Below, piece by piece: positions 30,181 through 38,794 of a DNA stretch of 64,000 nucleotides. The notes below the pieces were generated by a model that was given only the letters and a program-made list of their open reading frames with translations, searched no databases and had not been told where the DNA came from. The stretch is from positions 19,927-83,926 of the forward strand of contig CAZJNI010000004.1 of assembly GCA_964547465.1 (NCBI GenBank), in the 5' to 3' direction. Made by a program: the position numbers and the translations under genes. Each line of letters opens with the position of its first letter. Within the stretch, counting starts at the first letter, position 1. The DNA comes from an uncultured Gammaproteobacteria bacterium. GTDB lineage: Bacteria; Patescibacteriota; Microgenomatia; Daviesbacterales; UBA10151.

Positions 30181-30263
30181 AACTACGGCGGGCAAGCAGA
30201 TTGGCGTAATTCTATGGGTTGTATCTTGAAGCTAAATTTGTTAAAATACTTTGACCTTAAAAG

Positions 30264-30503
30264 ATGAATGATGTAATAGAGGTAGAAGGTAAGATTAAAG
30301 AGGTTTTGCCCAACACTCTGTTTAGAGTGGAAATAGAAAGAAGTGCGGATGTGCCTGAACTTATTGGACGGATAATATTGTGTCATATTTCGGGAAAGAT
30401 GAGAATGCACTATATCAGGCTTTTGGAAGGGGATAGAGTCAGGATACAAATGAGTCCAAAATATGATTTGGACAAAGGGAGAATTACCTTTAGGTTAAAA
30501 TAA
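30264..30503 (+). CDS. infA: Translation initiation factor IF-1
   Basis: S1-like OB fold, IF-1 homology 79 aa. Confidence 0.9.
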   Translation: MNDVIEVEGKIKEVLPNTLFRVEIERSADVPELIGRIILCHISGKMRMHYIRLLEGDRVRIQMSPKYDLDKGRITFRLK

Positions 30504-30504
30504 T

Positions 30505-30621
30505 ATGAAAGTAGCAGCCAGTATTAAAAAAAGATGTAAAGCGTGTAAAATAGTCAAGAGAAGTGGCATTTTGTATGTCATTTGCCCTCGTGATCCAAGA
30601 CACAAACAGAGGCAAGGATAA
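30505..30621 (+). CDS. rpmJ: 50S ribosomal protein L36 (38 aa); absent from ORF track
   Basis: [38 protein letters not shown]; C..C...C..H zinc ribbon. Confidence 0.85.
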   Translation: MKVAASIKKRCKACKIVKRSGILYVICPRDPRHKQRQG

Positions 30622-30627
30622 TTATGA

Positions 30628-30658
30628 ATTTACAATTTACAATTTACAATTTACAATT
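30628..30658. repeat. (ATTTACA)x4 tandem heptamer in rpmJ-rpsM intergenic region
   Basis: Direct inspection. Confidence 0.8.
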
Positions 30659-30673
30659 CGGAGGTAATTATTA

Positions 30674-31099
30674 ATGGCTCGTATAGCTGGTGTGGATCTT
30701 CCTGAAAATAAAAGATTGGATATTGGTTTAACCTATATATTTGGGATAGGCCCGTCAAACGTAAAATTAGTCTTAAAAGAGACTGGGGTTGATCCGGCAA
30801 AAAGAATAAAAGATTTAACAGAAGATGAAGTTGGGAAGCTGCAAAAGGGAGTTGAGAAATTTAAAGTAGAGGGAGACCTGCACCAGGAAGTTTCTCAAAA
30901 TATCAAAAGACTGGAAGATATCGGCAGTTACAGGGGACTGCGACACAGGAAAAATTTACCATCCAGAGGTCAAAGAACCAGATCTAATGCCAGAACAAAA
31001 AGAGGAAAGAGAAAAACAATTGGTGCAATGAAAAAAGTTGAACAGGCAACACGCCCCTCCGATGGAGGTAAAACAGAAGGAGTCAAACCAAATGCCTAA
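30674..31099 (+). CDS. rpsM: 30S ribosomal protein S13
   Basis: S13 homology, 141 aa. Confidence 0.9.
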   Translation: MARIAGVDLPENKRLDIGLTYIFGIGPSNVKLVLKETGVDPAKRIKDLTEDEVGKLQKGVEKFKVEGDLHQEVSQNIKRLEDIGSYRGLRHRKNLPSRGQRTRSNARTKRGKRKTIGAMKKVEQATRPSDGGKTEGVKPNA

Positions 31100-31484
31100 A
31101 AAAATAAGGAAAATTAAAAAAGCAACATCTGATCGAAAATACGGTAATGGTAGAGTATATGTGACAGCAACTTTCAACAATACTTTAGTTACCTTAACCG
31201 ATTCATCAGGTAATGCCCTGGCCTGGGGTAGCTCTGGTGGGGCTGGTTTTAAGGGAGCAAGAAAAGCAACACCATTTGCGGCAATTTCTGCTATGGAACA
31301 AGTTTCTCAAAAGGCCAAGGCTTTGGGTATAAATTCAGTTGAACTTTATATTAAAGGACCAGGACCAGGCAGGGATGCCACGGTTAAGGCTTTAAGAGGT
31401 GGTGGTATAAATATTACCATGATTGCAGATGTGACACCTATTCCACATAATGGCCCAAGGCCAAAAAAGAGGAGAAGGGTCTAA
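31092..31484 (+). CDS. rpsK: 30S ribosomal protein S11
   Basis: S11 homology from [10 protein letters not shown]; ORF track opens at 31038. Confidence 0.9.
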   Translation: MPKKIRKIKKATSDRKYGNGRVYVTATFNNTLVTLTDSSGNALAWGSSGGAGFKGARKATPFAAISAMEQVSQKAKALGINSVELYIKGPGPGRDATVKALRGGGINITMIADVTPIPHNGPRPKKRRRV

Positions 31485-32086
31485 TGGCAAGATATACTGG
31501 TCCAAAGAGAAGATTATCAAGAAGAGAAGGTCTAGCCCTTTTTGGAAAAGATGCAAAGGCCTTGGAGCGAAAAGGAGCAATCCCACCTGGAATGCATGCA
31601 GGCAGAGGAAGAAGAAGAGTATCAGAATATGGCATACAACTTCGGGAGAAACAAAAAGCTAAAAGAATTTATGGATTGCTTGAGCGACAGTTTAAAAATT
31701 ACATTGAAAAGGCCAGTAAAGTCAAAGGTGCAACCGGATTGGCTTTGTTGGAGCTTTTAGAAACCAGACTTGATAATATAGTATACAGGTTAGCTTTTTC
31801 CAAAAGCAGGGCTGGAGCAAGACAATTGGTTTCTCATGGCCATATCAAAATTGATGGGAGAAAAATGGCAATACCTTCCTACAGCGTTAAAGTAGGTCAG
31901 ACTATTGCATTATCGCAGCAATTATCAGATAATACACAGGTTAAAAAGAGTCTGGAGGATATGGAGACCTTGCCGGAGTGGCTTGAAAGACAGGCTACAG
32001 TAGGCAAGGTTTTAAGAAAGCCGAGCAGGGATGAGATGGAACAATCAGTTGACGAGCAGTTAATTGTTGAGTTCTACAGTCGATAA
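31484..32086 (+). CDS. rpsD: 30S ribosomal protein S4
   Basis: S4 homology, 200 aa. Confidence 0.9.
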   Translation: MARYTGPKRRLSRREGLALFGKDAKALERKGAIPPGMHAGRGRRRVSEYGIQLREKQKAKRIYGLLERQFKNYIEKASKVKGATGLALLELLETRLDNIVYRLAFSKSRAGARQLVSHGHIKIDGRKMAIPSYSVKVGQTIALSQQLSDNTQVKKSLEDMETLPEWLERQATVGKVLRKPSRDEMEQSVDEQLIVEFYSR

Positions 32087-32094
32087 TAAAATAT

Positions 32095-33006
32095 ATGGTT
32101 AAGTTTAAGATAAAAACAGAAAAAGAGTCAGATAATTTTGCCCAAATTGCAATTGAACCTCTAGAGGTTGGTTTTGGTCATACCTTGGGGAATTCTTTGC
32201 GAAGAGTACTCTCAACATCTTTAGATGGTGCTGCAATTACATCTGTTAAGATAGATGGAGTTTCGCATCAGTTTTCAACAATTGATGGAGTTTTGGAGGA
32301 TGTAATTGAAATATTACTTAATGTTAAAAAGATTCGTCTAAAAATAGATTCAGAAGGTAAGGTTAAACTATCCCTTAAAGTATCTGGAAAGAAAGAAGTT
32401 AAAGCTGGTGATTTTGAGATTGAAGGCGCAGCAGAAGTTATCAATTCCGAGCAACACATCGCCACCCTAACAGATGCAAAATCAAAACTAAATATGGAGA
32501 TGGTAGGTGAAGCGGGAAAAGGTTATTCTTTAGCTGAAGAGAGAAAAAGTAATGAAATAGGGGTTATTGCAGTAGATGCCTTATTTACTCCAGTTGTGGC
32601 GGTTAATTATTCGGTTGATCCAACCCGTGTTGGAAGAAGGACAGACTTTGATAAACTAACTTTAGATGTTACAACTGATGGTTCACTTACCCCACAGGAA
32701 GCTGTAAATGAGGCAGCTAAGATATTGTCAGAGACATTTAAAAAAATCTATGAACCGGATCTAGAAGAGGAAATAGAAGAAACCTCCCCTGCCATATCAG
32801 AGGAAGTCTTAAAGATGACTATTGAGGAGTTGGATTTGCCAGTTAGAATTACAAATGCACTAAAGGCAATAGAAATAAATGTATTGGAAGATTTGATAAA
32901 TATTCCAAGGGCACAGCTTTTAAAAGCCAAAAATTTGGGTACAAAATCCATCAGCCTTATTTCTGAGAAATTAGTCGAGAGGGGGCTGACGCTTCGTGAG
33001 GCATAG
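32095..33006 (+). CDS. rpoA: DNA-directed RNA polymerase subunit alpha
   Basis: Alpha NTD + CTD homology, 303 aa. Confidence 0.9.
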   Translation: MVKFKIKTEKESDNFAQIAIEPLEVGFGHTLGNSLRRVLSTSLDGAAITSVKIDGVSHQFSTIDGVLEDVIEILLNVKKIRLKIDSEGKVKLSLKVSGKKEVKAGDFEIEGAAEVINSEQHIATLTDAKSKLNMEMVGEAGKGYSLAEERKSNEIGVIAVDALFTPVVAVNYSVDPTRVGRRTDFDKLTLDVTTDGSLTPQEAVNEAAKILSETFKKIYEPDLEEEIEETSPAISEEVLKMTIEELDLPVRITNALKAIEINVLEDLINIPRAQLLKAKNLGTKSISLISEKLVERGLTLREA

Positions 33007-33526
33007 AGTCTATGGTAAAAAACTTGGAAGAAATAAAAATGAACGAACTGCACTATTTAAAAGTTTAGTACAGTCACTTTTTACATACGGAACCATTGAA
33101 ACTTCTGAACAAAAAGCCAAAGCAGTTAAGGGTTTAGTTGATAAGGTTATAAACCTTGCTAAAAGTAAAAACACACAAAGATTACTCCAGAGCTATCTCA
33201 TTAATAAAAATTTACAGGAGAGATTAATTAAAGAAATTGCCCCAAAATTAGATGATCGAATTTCAGGATATACCACAATGCTTCGATTAGGTGAAAGAGC
33301 GGGAGATAGATCAACTAGAGTGAAAATTAGTCTTATTCACAGTGAAGAGTTAAAGCCATTAGAAAAGGGTACAGGTAGTAGGGTACAGGGTATAGTTAAA
33401 AAAACAAACGAAAAAGGAAAAGTGATTTCGGATAAAAAGGACGAGGAAAAAGGTAGAACTGGACAATCTGTTAGAAAAACTTCAACAATAAGGAAAGGGA
33501 TTTCAAGATTGTCCAAAACAAAATGA
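32996..33526 (+). CDS. rplQ: 50S ribosomal protein L17 with ~55 aa C-terminal extension
   Basis: L17 core; extension contains (GGGTACA)-type heptamer repeat. Confidence 0.85.
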   Translation: MRHRVYGKKLGRNKNERTALFKSLVQSLFTYGTIETSEQKAKAVKGLVDKVINLAKSKNTQRLLQSYLINKNLQERLIKEIAPKLDDRISGYTTMLRLGERAGDRSTRVKISLIHSEELKPLEKGTGSRVQGIVKKTNEKGKVISDKKDEEKGRTGQSVRKTSTIRKGISRLSKTK

Positions 33527-33948
33527 GTACAAATTCATTGTCAGCTAAAAAAATCATAAGGAAATGGCATTTAATTGATGCAAAGGATAAAGTATTGGGA
33601 AGATTGTCAACTGAAATTGCAAAAATTTTAATGGGGAAAAACAAACCTTCTTTTGTTCAATATTTAGATACTGGGGATTTTGTGGTAGTTACAAATGCGG
33701 AACTAGTTAAAGTGTCCGGTAAAAAATCCCAAACTAAAAGATATGTAAATCATTCAGGGTTTCCAGGAGGACTCCGGGTTGAGATATTTGATAAATTGAT
33801 AAAAAGACGGCCGGAGTACGTAATAGAACATGCGGTTTCAGGAATGCTTCCCCATACAAAATTGGGTAAACAAATGATAAAAAAATTAAAAGTTTTTGCA
33901 GGAGATGTTCACCCATATACAAAACAGGTGGAAGGAGTAGTTAAATAA
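33523..33948 (+). CDS. rplM: 50S ribosomal protein L13
   Basis: L13 homology, 141 aa. Confidence 0.9.
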   Translation: MSTNSLSAKKIIRKWHLIDAKDKVLGRLSTEIAKILMGKNKPSFVQYLDTGDFVVVTNAELVKVSGKKSQTKRYVNHSGFPGGLRVEIFDKLIKRRPEYVIEHAVSGMLPHTKLGKQMIKKLKVFAGDVHPYTKQVEGVVK

Positions 33949-34343
33949 TGGAAACCAAATTCATTTCAGCAGTTGGAAGAAGAAAAGAAGCAATTGCTAG
34001 AGTAAGATTAACAGAGGGTAAAGGTCAGATAGTTGTTAACGGAAAACCGATTGTTGAATATTTTTCAGGTGCGGTTTTTCAAAAACTTTATCAAAAACCC
34101 CAGGATATAACAAAAACTTCAGCCAAATATAACATGTCTGTAAAAGTAGCAGGTGGAGGGAGAGTTTCACAGCTTGATGCTGTTATACACGGAATTGCCA
34201 GGGTTTTATCCAAAGCAGACCCGGCCTTGCGAACAACATTAAAAAGAGAAGGTTTACTAACCAGAGATGCCAGAGTTAAAGAGAGAAGAAAATTTGGTTT
34301 AGCAGGTAAAGCCAGGGCCAAAAAACAATCCCCAAAACGGTAG
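33948..34343 (+). CDS. rpsI: 30S ribosomal protein S9
   Basis: S9 homology ending ...KKQSPKR. Confidence 0.9.
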   Translation: METKFISAVGRRKEAIARVRLTEGKGQIVVNGKPIVEYFSGAVFQKLYQKPQDITKTSAKYNMSVKVAGGGRVSQLDAVIHGIARVLSKADPALRTTLKREGLLTRDARVKERRKFGLAGKARAKKQSPKR

Positions 34344-34541
34344 TTAGAAATCCGCTCTATGAGGTCCGAGATCTTTAAGAACACTATTTAAAAACCAACA
34401 TTCTTGGGAAGGATGATTTCCTACTCCGACAGGATGATCTCCATTGGAGCATGGACAGTTCCACCAGGTTACATGCGTACTGCGCTTGCCTTCCTTATAT
34501 CTAATCTTCTTAAGCCGTCTTATTATTTCACTATTTTTCAT
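34344..34541 (-). CDS. hicA: HicA-like toxin (mRNA interferase)
   Basis: MKNSEIIRRLKK...GKRSTHV...GNHPSQE...LNSVLKDLG matches HicA pattern (GSHH...HP..E...LR.ILKQ.G). Confidence 0.55.
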   Translation of the reverse strand: MKNSEIIRRLKKIRYKEGKRSTHVTWWNCPCSNGDHPVGVGNHPSQECWFLNSVLKDLGPHRADF

Positions 34542-34552
34542 CTGGAATAAGC

Positions 34553-34948
34553 TTAGGAGTTTATGAAAGCACCATTTCTATAATTTTGATTGAATAATAA
34601 GAATGCAGGCAGATTAATCTTAGAGATAAGTGGGGTTAAAGGTCTTGACCGTTCGGATTGTAATTTTGCTAAAGTTTGTTCTTTATGAATAATTTCCGCA
34701 TAGATCTTCCAGTATTTTTTAGGAGCTGGTCTATTCAGTAATTTTACAGATAATTTGTTTTCTAAAACATTACTAAGATAAGACTGTGTTACATCTTGAA
34801 TGCACTCTCTGGCTTTTTCTAATGTCTTGGCACTGATAATAAGGCCGAACTCTAAGCATACGGCAATATATTTTCCTTTATCTTCGTATATAAATACGCG
34901 AGCTCTACCAGATACAAAAGTATTATTAAAAATTAATTGATTTTTCAT
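34553..34948 (-). CDS. hicB: HicB-like antitoxin (UPF0150/RNase H-like fold N-domain)
   Basis: FIYEDKGKYIAVCLEFGLIISAKTLEKARECIQD resembles HicB N-domain; immediately upstream of hicA on same strand. Confidence 0.5.
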   Translation of the reverse strand: MKNQLIFNNTFVSGRARVFIYEDKGKYIAVCLEFGLIISAKTLEKARECIQDVTQSYLSNVLENKLSVKLLNRPAPKKYWKIYAEIIHKEQTLAKLQSERSRPLTPLISKINLPAFLLFNQNYRNGAFINS

Positions 34949-35027
34949 ATTTATCCCCTAGTCACCGAAGTATATCACAAACGAATCAAAAATAATTCCT
35001 TCATTCACTCAACCGCTTATCCCATAG

Positions 35028-35055
35028 TTGACAAGAGAAAATTTTCTGTTATAAT
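35028..35055 (+). promoter_or_regulatory. Near-consensus sigma70 promoter TTGACA-16-TATAAT driving the T-box operon
   Basis: TTGACA 35028-35033, TATAAT 35050-35055. Confidence 0.6.
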
Positions 35056-35062
35056 AAAGTTA

Positions 35063-35389
35063 CAACTGAATATTAAAAAACTGAGATAGAGAAATAGTAG
35101 ATTAAGTTAGGGTCATTTGAGAGTAGACGGTTGGAGCAAGTCTACCAAGTAACTTAATTGAATTACCCTCTGGAGTTGTAAGCCAAAAGCTTTGCCGGGT
35201 GCGAACCGTAATATTGCATGAGTGTGTCGAAGAAATCGGAGCACTCGAGAAGAAGCATTTTTGCTAAAATTTCGAGTCCCGCCACACAGCGGGATTTTTA
35301 AATGGCAATAATGGAAACAAGGTGGTACCGCGAGAAACCTCGCCCTTGTCTATCTAAGAAATTAGGTGGACATAGGCGAGGTTTTTTTT
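35063..35389 (+). ncRNA. T-box riboswitch leader (tRNA-sensing) with terminator/antiterminator
   Basis: Canonical T-box sequence AACAAGGTGGTACCGCGAG with 7-nt UGGUACC bulge flanked by helices CAAGG/CCTTG and GCGAG/CTCGC; mutually exclusive terminator AAACCTCGCC-N30-GGCGAGGTTTTTTTTT ending at CDS start. Confidence 0.7.
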
Positions 35390-36325
35390 ATGGAAAAAAA
35401 TATGGAAATATTTAAACCTAAAAATATTAAAGATTTAATAAAGAGATTTGGTCTAAGAGCTACAGCAAAGCTCGAACATTCTAATGCAAAAGAACTTCCA
35501 GGTTTCGACATAGAGATTGGAGAAGAACTAAGTAAAAATGTAATTGATACATCAAAACTCTTACACCCTAGGTGGAAAATCTCGCAAGAAACCCGAGAAA
35601 TATTTATAGAAACATTTAGAAGATTAGATATCCAAAAAGTTCATTCAGAATGGCTACTAGATGTAAAAGAGACGACAAATCCTTTAAGAGTTATTAGAAA
35701 TTATCATTCGCCGCACTTTTTACCCAGAGGTAATGGATATCATTTTCCTTCATTAGCAAATGTTTGGATTAATTCCAGATTTATATTATTAAGACATTAT
35801 GGAGAAGGTCCTGATGATTATTCAGGGTTGGATTCTTACTTTGAAGAGCAGCTAAATCAAACAAATTGCTGGGCTAGAATTAACGGTAGAGAATTAGAAG
35901 TTACGTTTAATGAAACTGGTGCAATTTCACAGATTATTATTGGTAATAAACCGAAGAACTTCAGCATTATTGACAAAGATAAAATACAGTTGCTTTGCCA
36001 AAGAGGCACATTATCTTTAAAAGGAACACAGGATTATTTTTCTAGAATTGTTAGTACAGATAATATTCTGCTTATAGTTGAGGATGGAAGAATAATTCTG
36101 GAAAGATTCAAGAGGGATGATCTAGAGCATCCGATAGATAAAGTAGTTATGCCTATACAAATAGATCGTAAGGGAATTCTCTCTATACTTTTCGACCCAA
36201 GAACTCTAAAAGATCCGATCAATGCGCCACCTGAACTGGATCGTTGGTACCTTATGAACTCTTTTGAAGTTTGTGGGATAACATGGGGACAAAAACCAGA
36301 AGGAAATAAAAGGAAAAAAATATGA
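35390..36325 (+). CDS. Hypothetical protein (no recognisable family), first gene of T-box operon
   Basis: ~312 aa; ORF track start 35366 lies within terminator stem, so start placed at MEKNMEIF. Confidence 0.4.
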   Translation: MEKNMEIFKPKNIKDLIKRFGLRATAKLEHSNAKELPGFDIEIGEELSKNVIDTSKLLHPRWKISQETREIFIETFRRLDIQKVHSEWLLDVKETTNPLRVIRNYHSPHFLPRGNGYHFPSLANVWINSRFILLRHYGEGPDDYSGLDSYFEEQLNQTNCWARINGRELEVTFNETGAISQIIIGNKPKNFSIIDKDKIQLLCQRGTLSLKGTQDYFSRIVSTDNILLIVEDGRIILERFKRDDLEHPIDKVVMPIQIDRKGILSILFDPRTLKDPINAPPELDRWYLMNSFEVCGITWGQKPEGNKRKKI

Positions 36326-37149
36326 AAAAAGAAAATTTAGAAAAACAAAATGGTTCTGATCCATTTGGCCTTAGGGGTTTTGATTTTAATGGTCGGGTTC
36401 CTGAGAAGTCAGAGATGTTTGATGTGGAAGAAGCCAAGACCTACATAGAGGGTTGTGATTACCCAGAGTCGGTAGATGATTTACTATTGGCTTTAGAGAT
36501 GCAGAGATTATTTGGCCCGGTGGGTATTCGTACTATGAGAACATTAGATGCAATGTGCGGCCCGGGAAGACTAGGCAGAGAGCTTTTGAATTTGGGTGCC
36601 CAACATGTGATATTTCATGATGGAGACGAAACAATGATTACACATGCCAGAACTCAAGCCTTTAATGTTATGGAGTCTGGACAAAGCATAGGTTTTGTTA
36701 CATCAGATGTAGATAATATACCACTTCAAGATAATCTGTTTGATTTGGTTATTTGCCACAATGCTACTCACCAGCTCTCAAACTTAGACAGGTTAGGTAC
36801 AGTTATGAAAGAATTTTTGCGTATAACTGCACCTTTAGGACATATAGTTATAGCTGATTACCAGAGAGCAACAACATCTGAATTTTTTAAAGCATTAGAA
36901 GAGCGTTTACAATGGACTAAACCGGAAATAGTGCCACTTCTAATTCCGTCATTCACAGCTGCTTTTTCAAAGGAAGAATTCAGTAATACTCTAAGATCAA
37001 TATCCGGCATAAAGCGTTGGTCGGTAACCGATGCTCAACCCCCAGTTTTAAATCGTAAGTGGCGAGAACGAGTAGATGCAGATTTTGTTAAGGGACATTT
37101 AATGGATTTTAGTCCAATATCACAAAGAGTTATTGTTCAAAAGGAGTAA
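36322..37149 (+). CDS. Class I SAM-dependent methyltransferase
   Basis: Motif I LDAMCGPGRLGRELL, motif FDLVICHNATHQL; start overlaps upstream stop. Confidence 0.6.
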   Translation: MKKENLEKQNGSDPFGLRGFDFNGRVPEKSEMFDVEEAKTYIEGCDYPESVDDLLLALEMQRLFGPVGIRTMRTLDAMCGPGRLGRELLNLGAQHVIFHDGDETMITHARTQAFNVMESGQSIGFVTSDVDNIPLQDNLFDLVICHNATHQLSNLDRLGTVMKEFLRITAPLGHIVIADYQRATTSEFFKALEERLQWTKPEIVPLLIPSFTAAFSKEEFSNTLRSISGIKRWSVTDAQPPVLNRKWRERVDADFVKGHLMDFSPISQRVIVQKE

Positions 37150-37151
37150 AT

Positions 37152-38255
37152 ATGAAACAAAACAAATCAAAAATTATAAGGGCAGAAGTGATTGGAAGTA
37201 TGTTAAGACCTAAATTTTTATTAGATGCTCAAAGTCTAATAAAAAAAGGTAAAATCACGCTTGCAGAATTTGTCAGCTTAGAGGATAAAGCAGTCAAACA
37301 AGCTGTTGCTATCCAGAAAAAATCAGGGGTTGATGTGGTGACAGACGGAGAAATGCGAAGGCCGGTATTTTGCCATAATTTTGTAAAAGCTGTTGATGGA
37401 TTTGAATGGAATATCAAAGGCAACACAGTTATTTGGTTTGATATGCAGGGAAATAAAATAATAGATCCGGTCACAGTTGGGGTAGTAAAAAAATTGCAGA
37501 AAAAACATGACATCTCTGTTGATGAATTTTCTTTTCTTAGAGCTATCACAGATAAATCTACTAAAGTAACTATCCCAAGTCCAACTATGATGAGTTATTA
37601 TTTTGTACCAGGGATTTCTGACAAAATTTATCCATCTCCCTTAGAGTATCTAAAAGAAGTTACGCAGATATTAAAAGAGGGTGTAGCTGAATTGGAACGG
37701 ATTGGTGTTACCTACATACAAATAGATGCACCGGAGTTTGGTATGTTACTGGATCCGATTCAACAGGAATGGTTTAAGGCCAAAGGATTAAATCCAGATA
37801 CATTAGTAAATGATGGCATTGAAATGATAAATAAAGTGTTAGAAGATTTTTCTGGAACAAAAGGTCTTCATATATGCAGGGGTAATGATAAAAATCGTTT
37901 CATGGCCAGAGGTGGGTATGAAAAAATAGCTAAGATAGTTTTCAAAAAAGCTAAAGTGGATAGGTTATTACTTGAATTTGATAGTGATAGAGCTGGTGAT
38001 TTTTCTCCGCTACGTCATGTGCCAAAAGACAAAATAGTAGTATTGGGTCTAATATCTACAAAAACACCAAAGCTAGAAAAGATGCAAGAGATTATAAGAA
38101 GAATGGATGAGGCAGCTAAATTCGTACCAAAAGAACGGTTGGCAATAAGTACTCAATGTGGATTTGCCTCTGTAGCCAAGGGAAATAATTTGTCATTTAA
38201 GGACCAAGAAAATAAATTGAGACTTGTATCGAAAGTAGCTAGGCAAATATGGTAA
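37152..38255 (+). CDS. Cobalamin-independent methionine synthase C-terminal-domain-like (core-MetE/UroD-fold) protein
   Basis: VIGSMLRP...VVTDGE N-terminal signature and putative Zn ligands in LHICRGN and STQCGF. Confidence 0.6.
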   Translation: MKQNKSKIIRAEVIGSMLRPKFLLDAQSLIKKGKITLAEFVSLEDKAVKQAVAIQKKSGVDVVTDGEMRRPVFCHNFVKAVDGFEWNIKGNTVIWFDMQGNKIIDPVTVGVVKKLQKKHDISVDEFSFLRAITDKSTKVTIPSPTMMSYYFVPGISDKIYPSPLEYLKEVTQILKEGVAELERIGVTYIQIDAPEFGMLLDPIQQEWFKAKGLNPDTLVNDGIEMINKVLEDFSGTKGLHICRGNDKNRFMARGGYEKIAKIVFKKAKVDRLLLEFDSDRAGDFSPLRHVPKDKIVVLGLISTKTPKLEKMQEIIRRMDEAAKFVPKERLAISTQCGFASVAKGNNLSFKDQENKLRLVSKVARQIW

Positions 38256-38306
38256 GGGTAAGCTAAGAACCCCTCATTTAAAATGATATGAATCATTAGA
38301 GTAATT

Positions 38307-38738
38307 TTACTTTTTAAAATAAACTGTTATAAATATTCCAACAATTGACATGATCATGCCAATTATTTGGAACAAATTTAGCTTTTCATGCCAGATTAAA
38401 AATCCAAATAAAATTCCATAAATTATTAGCGTGACATAAAAAAGTATAGTGAATAAAGATTGTGGAGCACCCAGAGTATAGGCTTTGATAATTCCATAAT
38501 TTCCAATTCCTATTAACGCTCCAATACCAAAAGCAATCGGCAAATATTTCGCTCCTAAAATTAAAGATTTATTAGAGGAAGTTAAAAGATGAAGGGCCAA
38601 CATAATTAAAAATCCAATAAATGAAGCATATGCATTTACTAAAAATACAGATACGTCTTTAGGCAAAAACTTGGAAAGAGTTTGATAAGTTACAAATAAA
38701 AGTGGTGTAGCAATTGCCAAAATCTTCCAGTCAAACAT
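38307..38738 (-). CDS. Small 4-TM membrane protein (DMT/EamA-half, ArnE/ArnF-like)
   Basis: 143 aa, four predicted TM helices. Confidence 0.35.
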   Translation of the reverse strand: MFDWKILAIATPLLFVTYQTLSKFLPKDVSVFLVNAYASFIGFLIMLALHLLTSSNKSLILGAKYLPIAFGIGALIGIGNYGIIKAYTLGAPQSLFTILFYVTLIIYGILFGFLIWHEKLNLFQIIGMIMSIVGIFITVYFKK

Positions 38739-38794
38739 AAAGTGATTATATCACTTGGCAGTAGTTGATCTATCGTGGTATATTAGAACACATG

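Noticed and set aside
35063-35389. Considered the long GC-richer leader as tmRNA, SRP RNA or 6S RNA
   Set aside because: No tRNA-like end, no SRP domain IV motif; instead contains the canonical T-box sequence and antiterminator/terminator pair.
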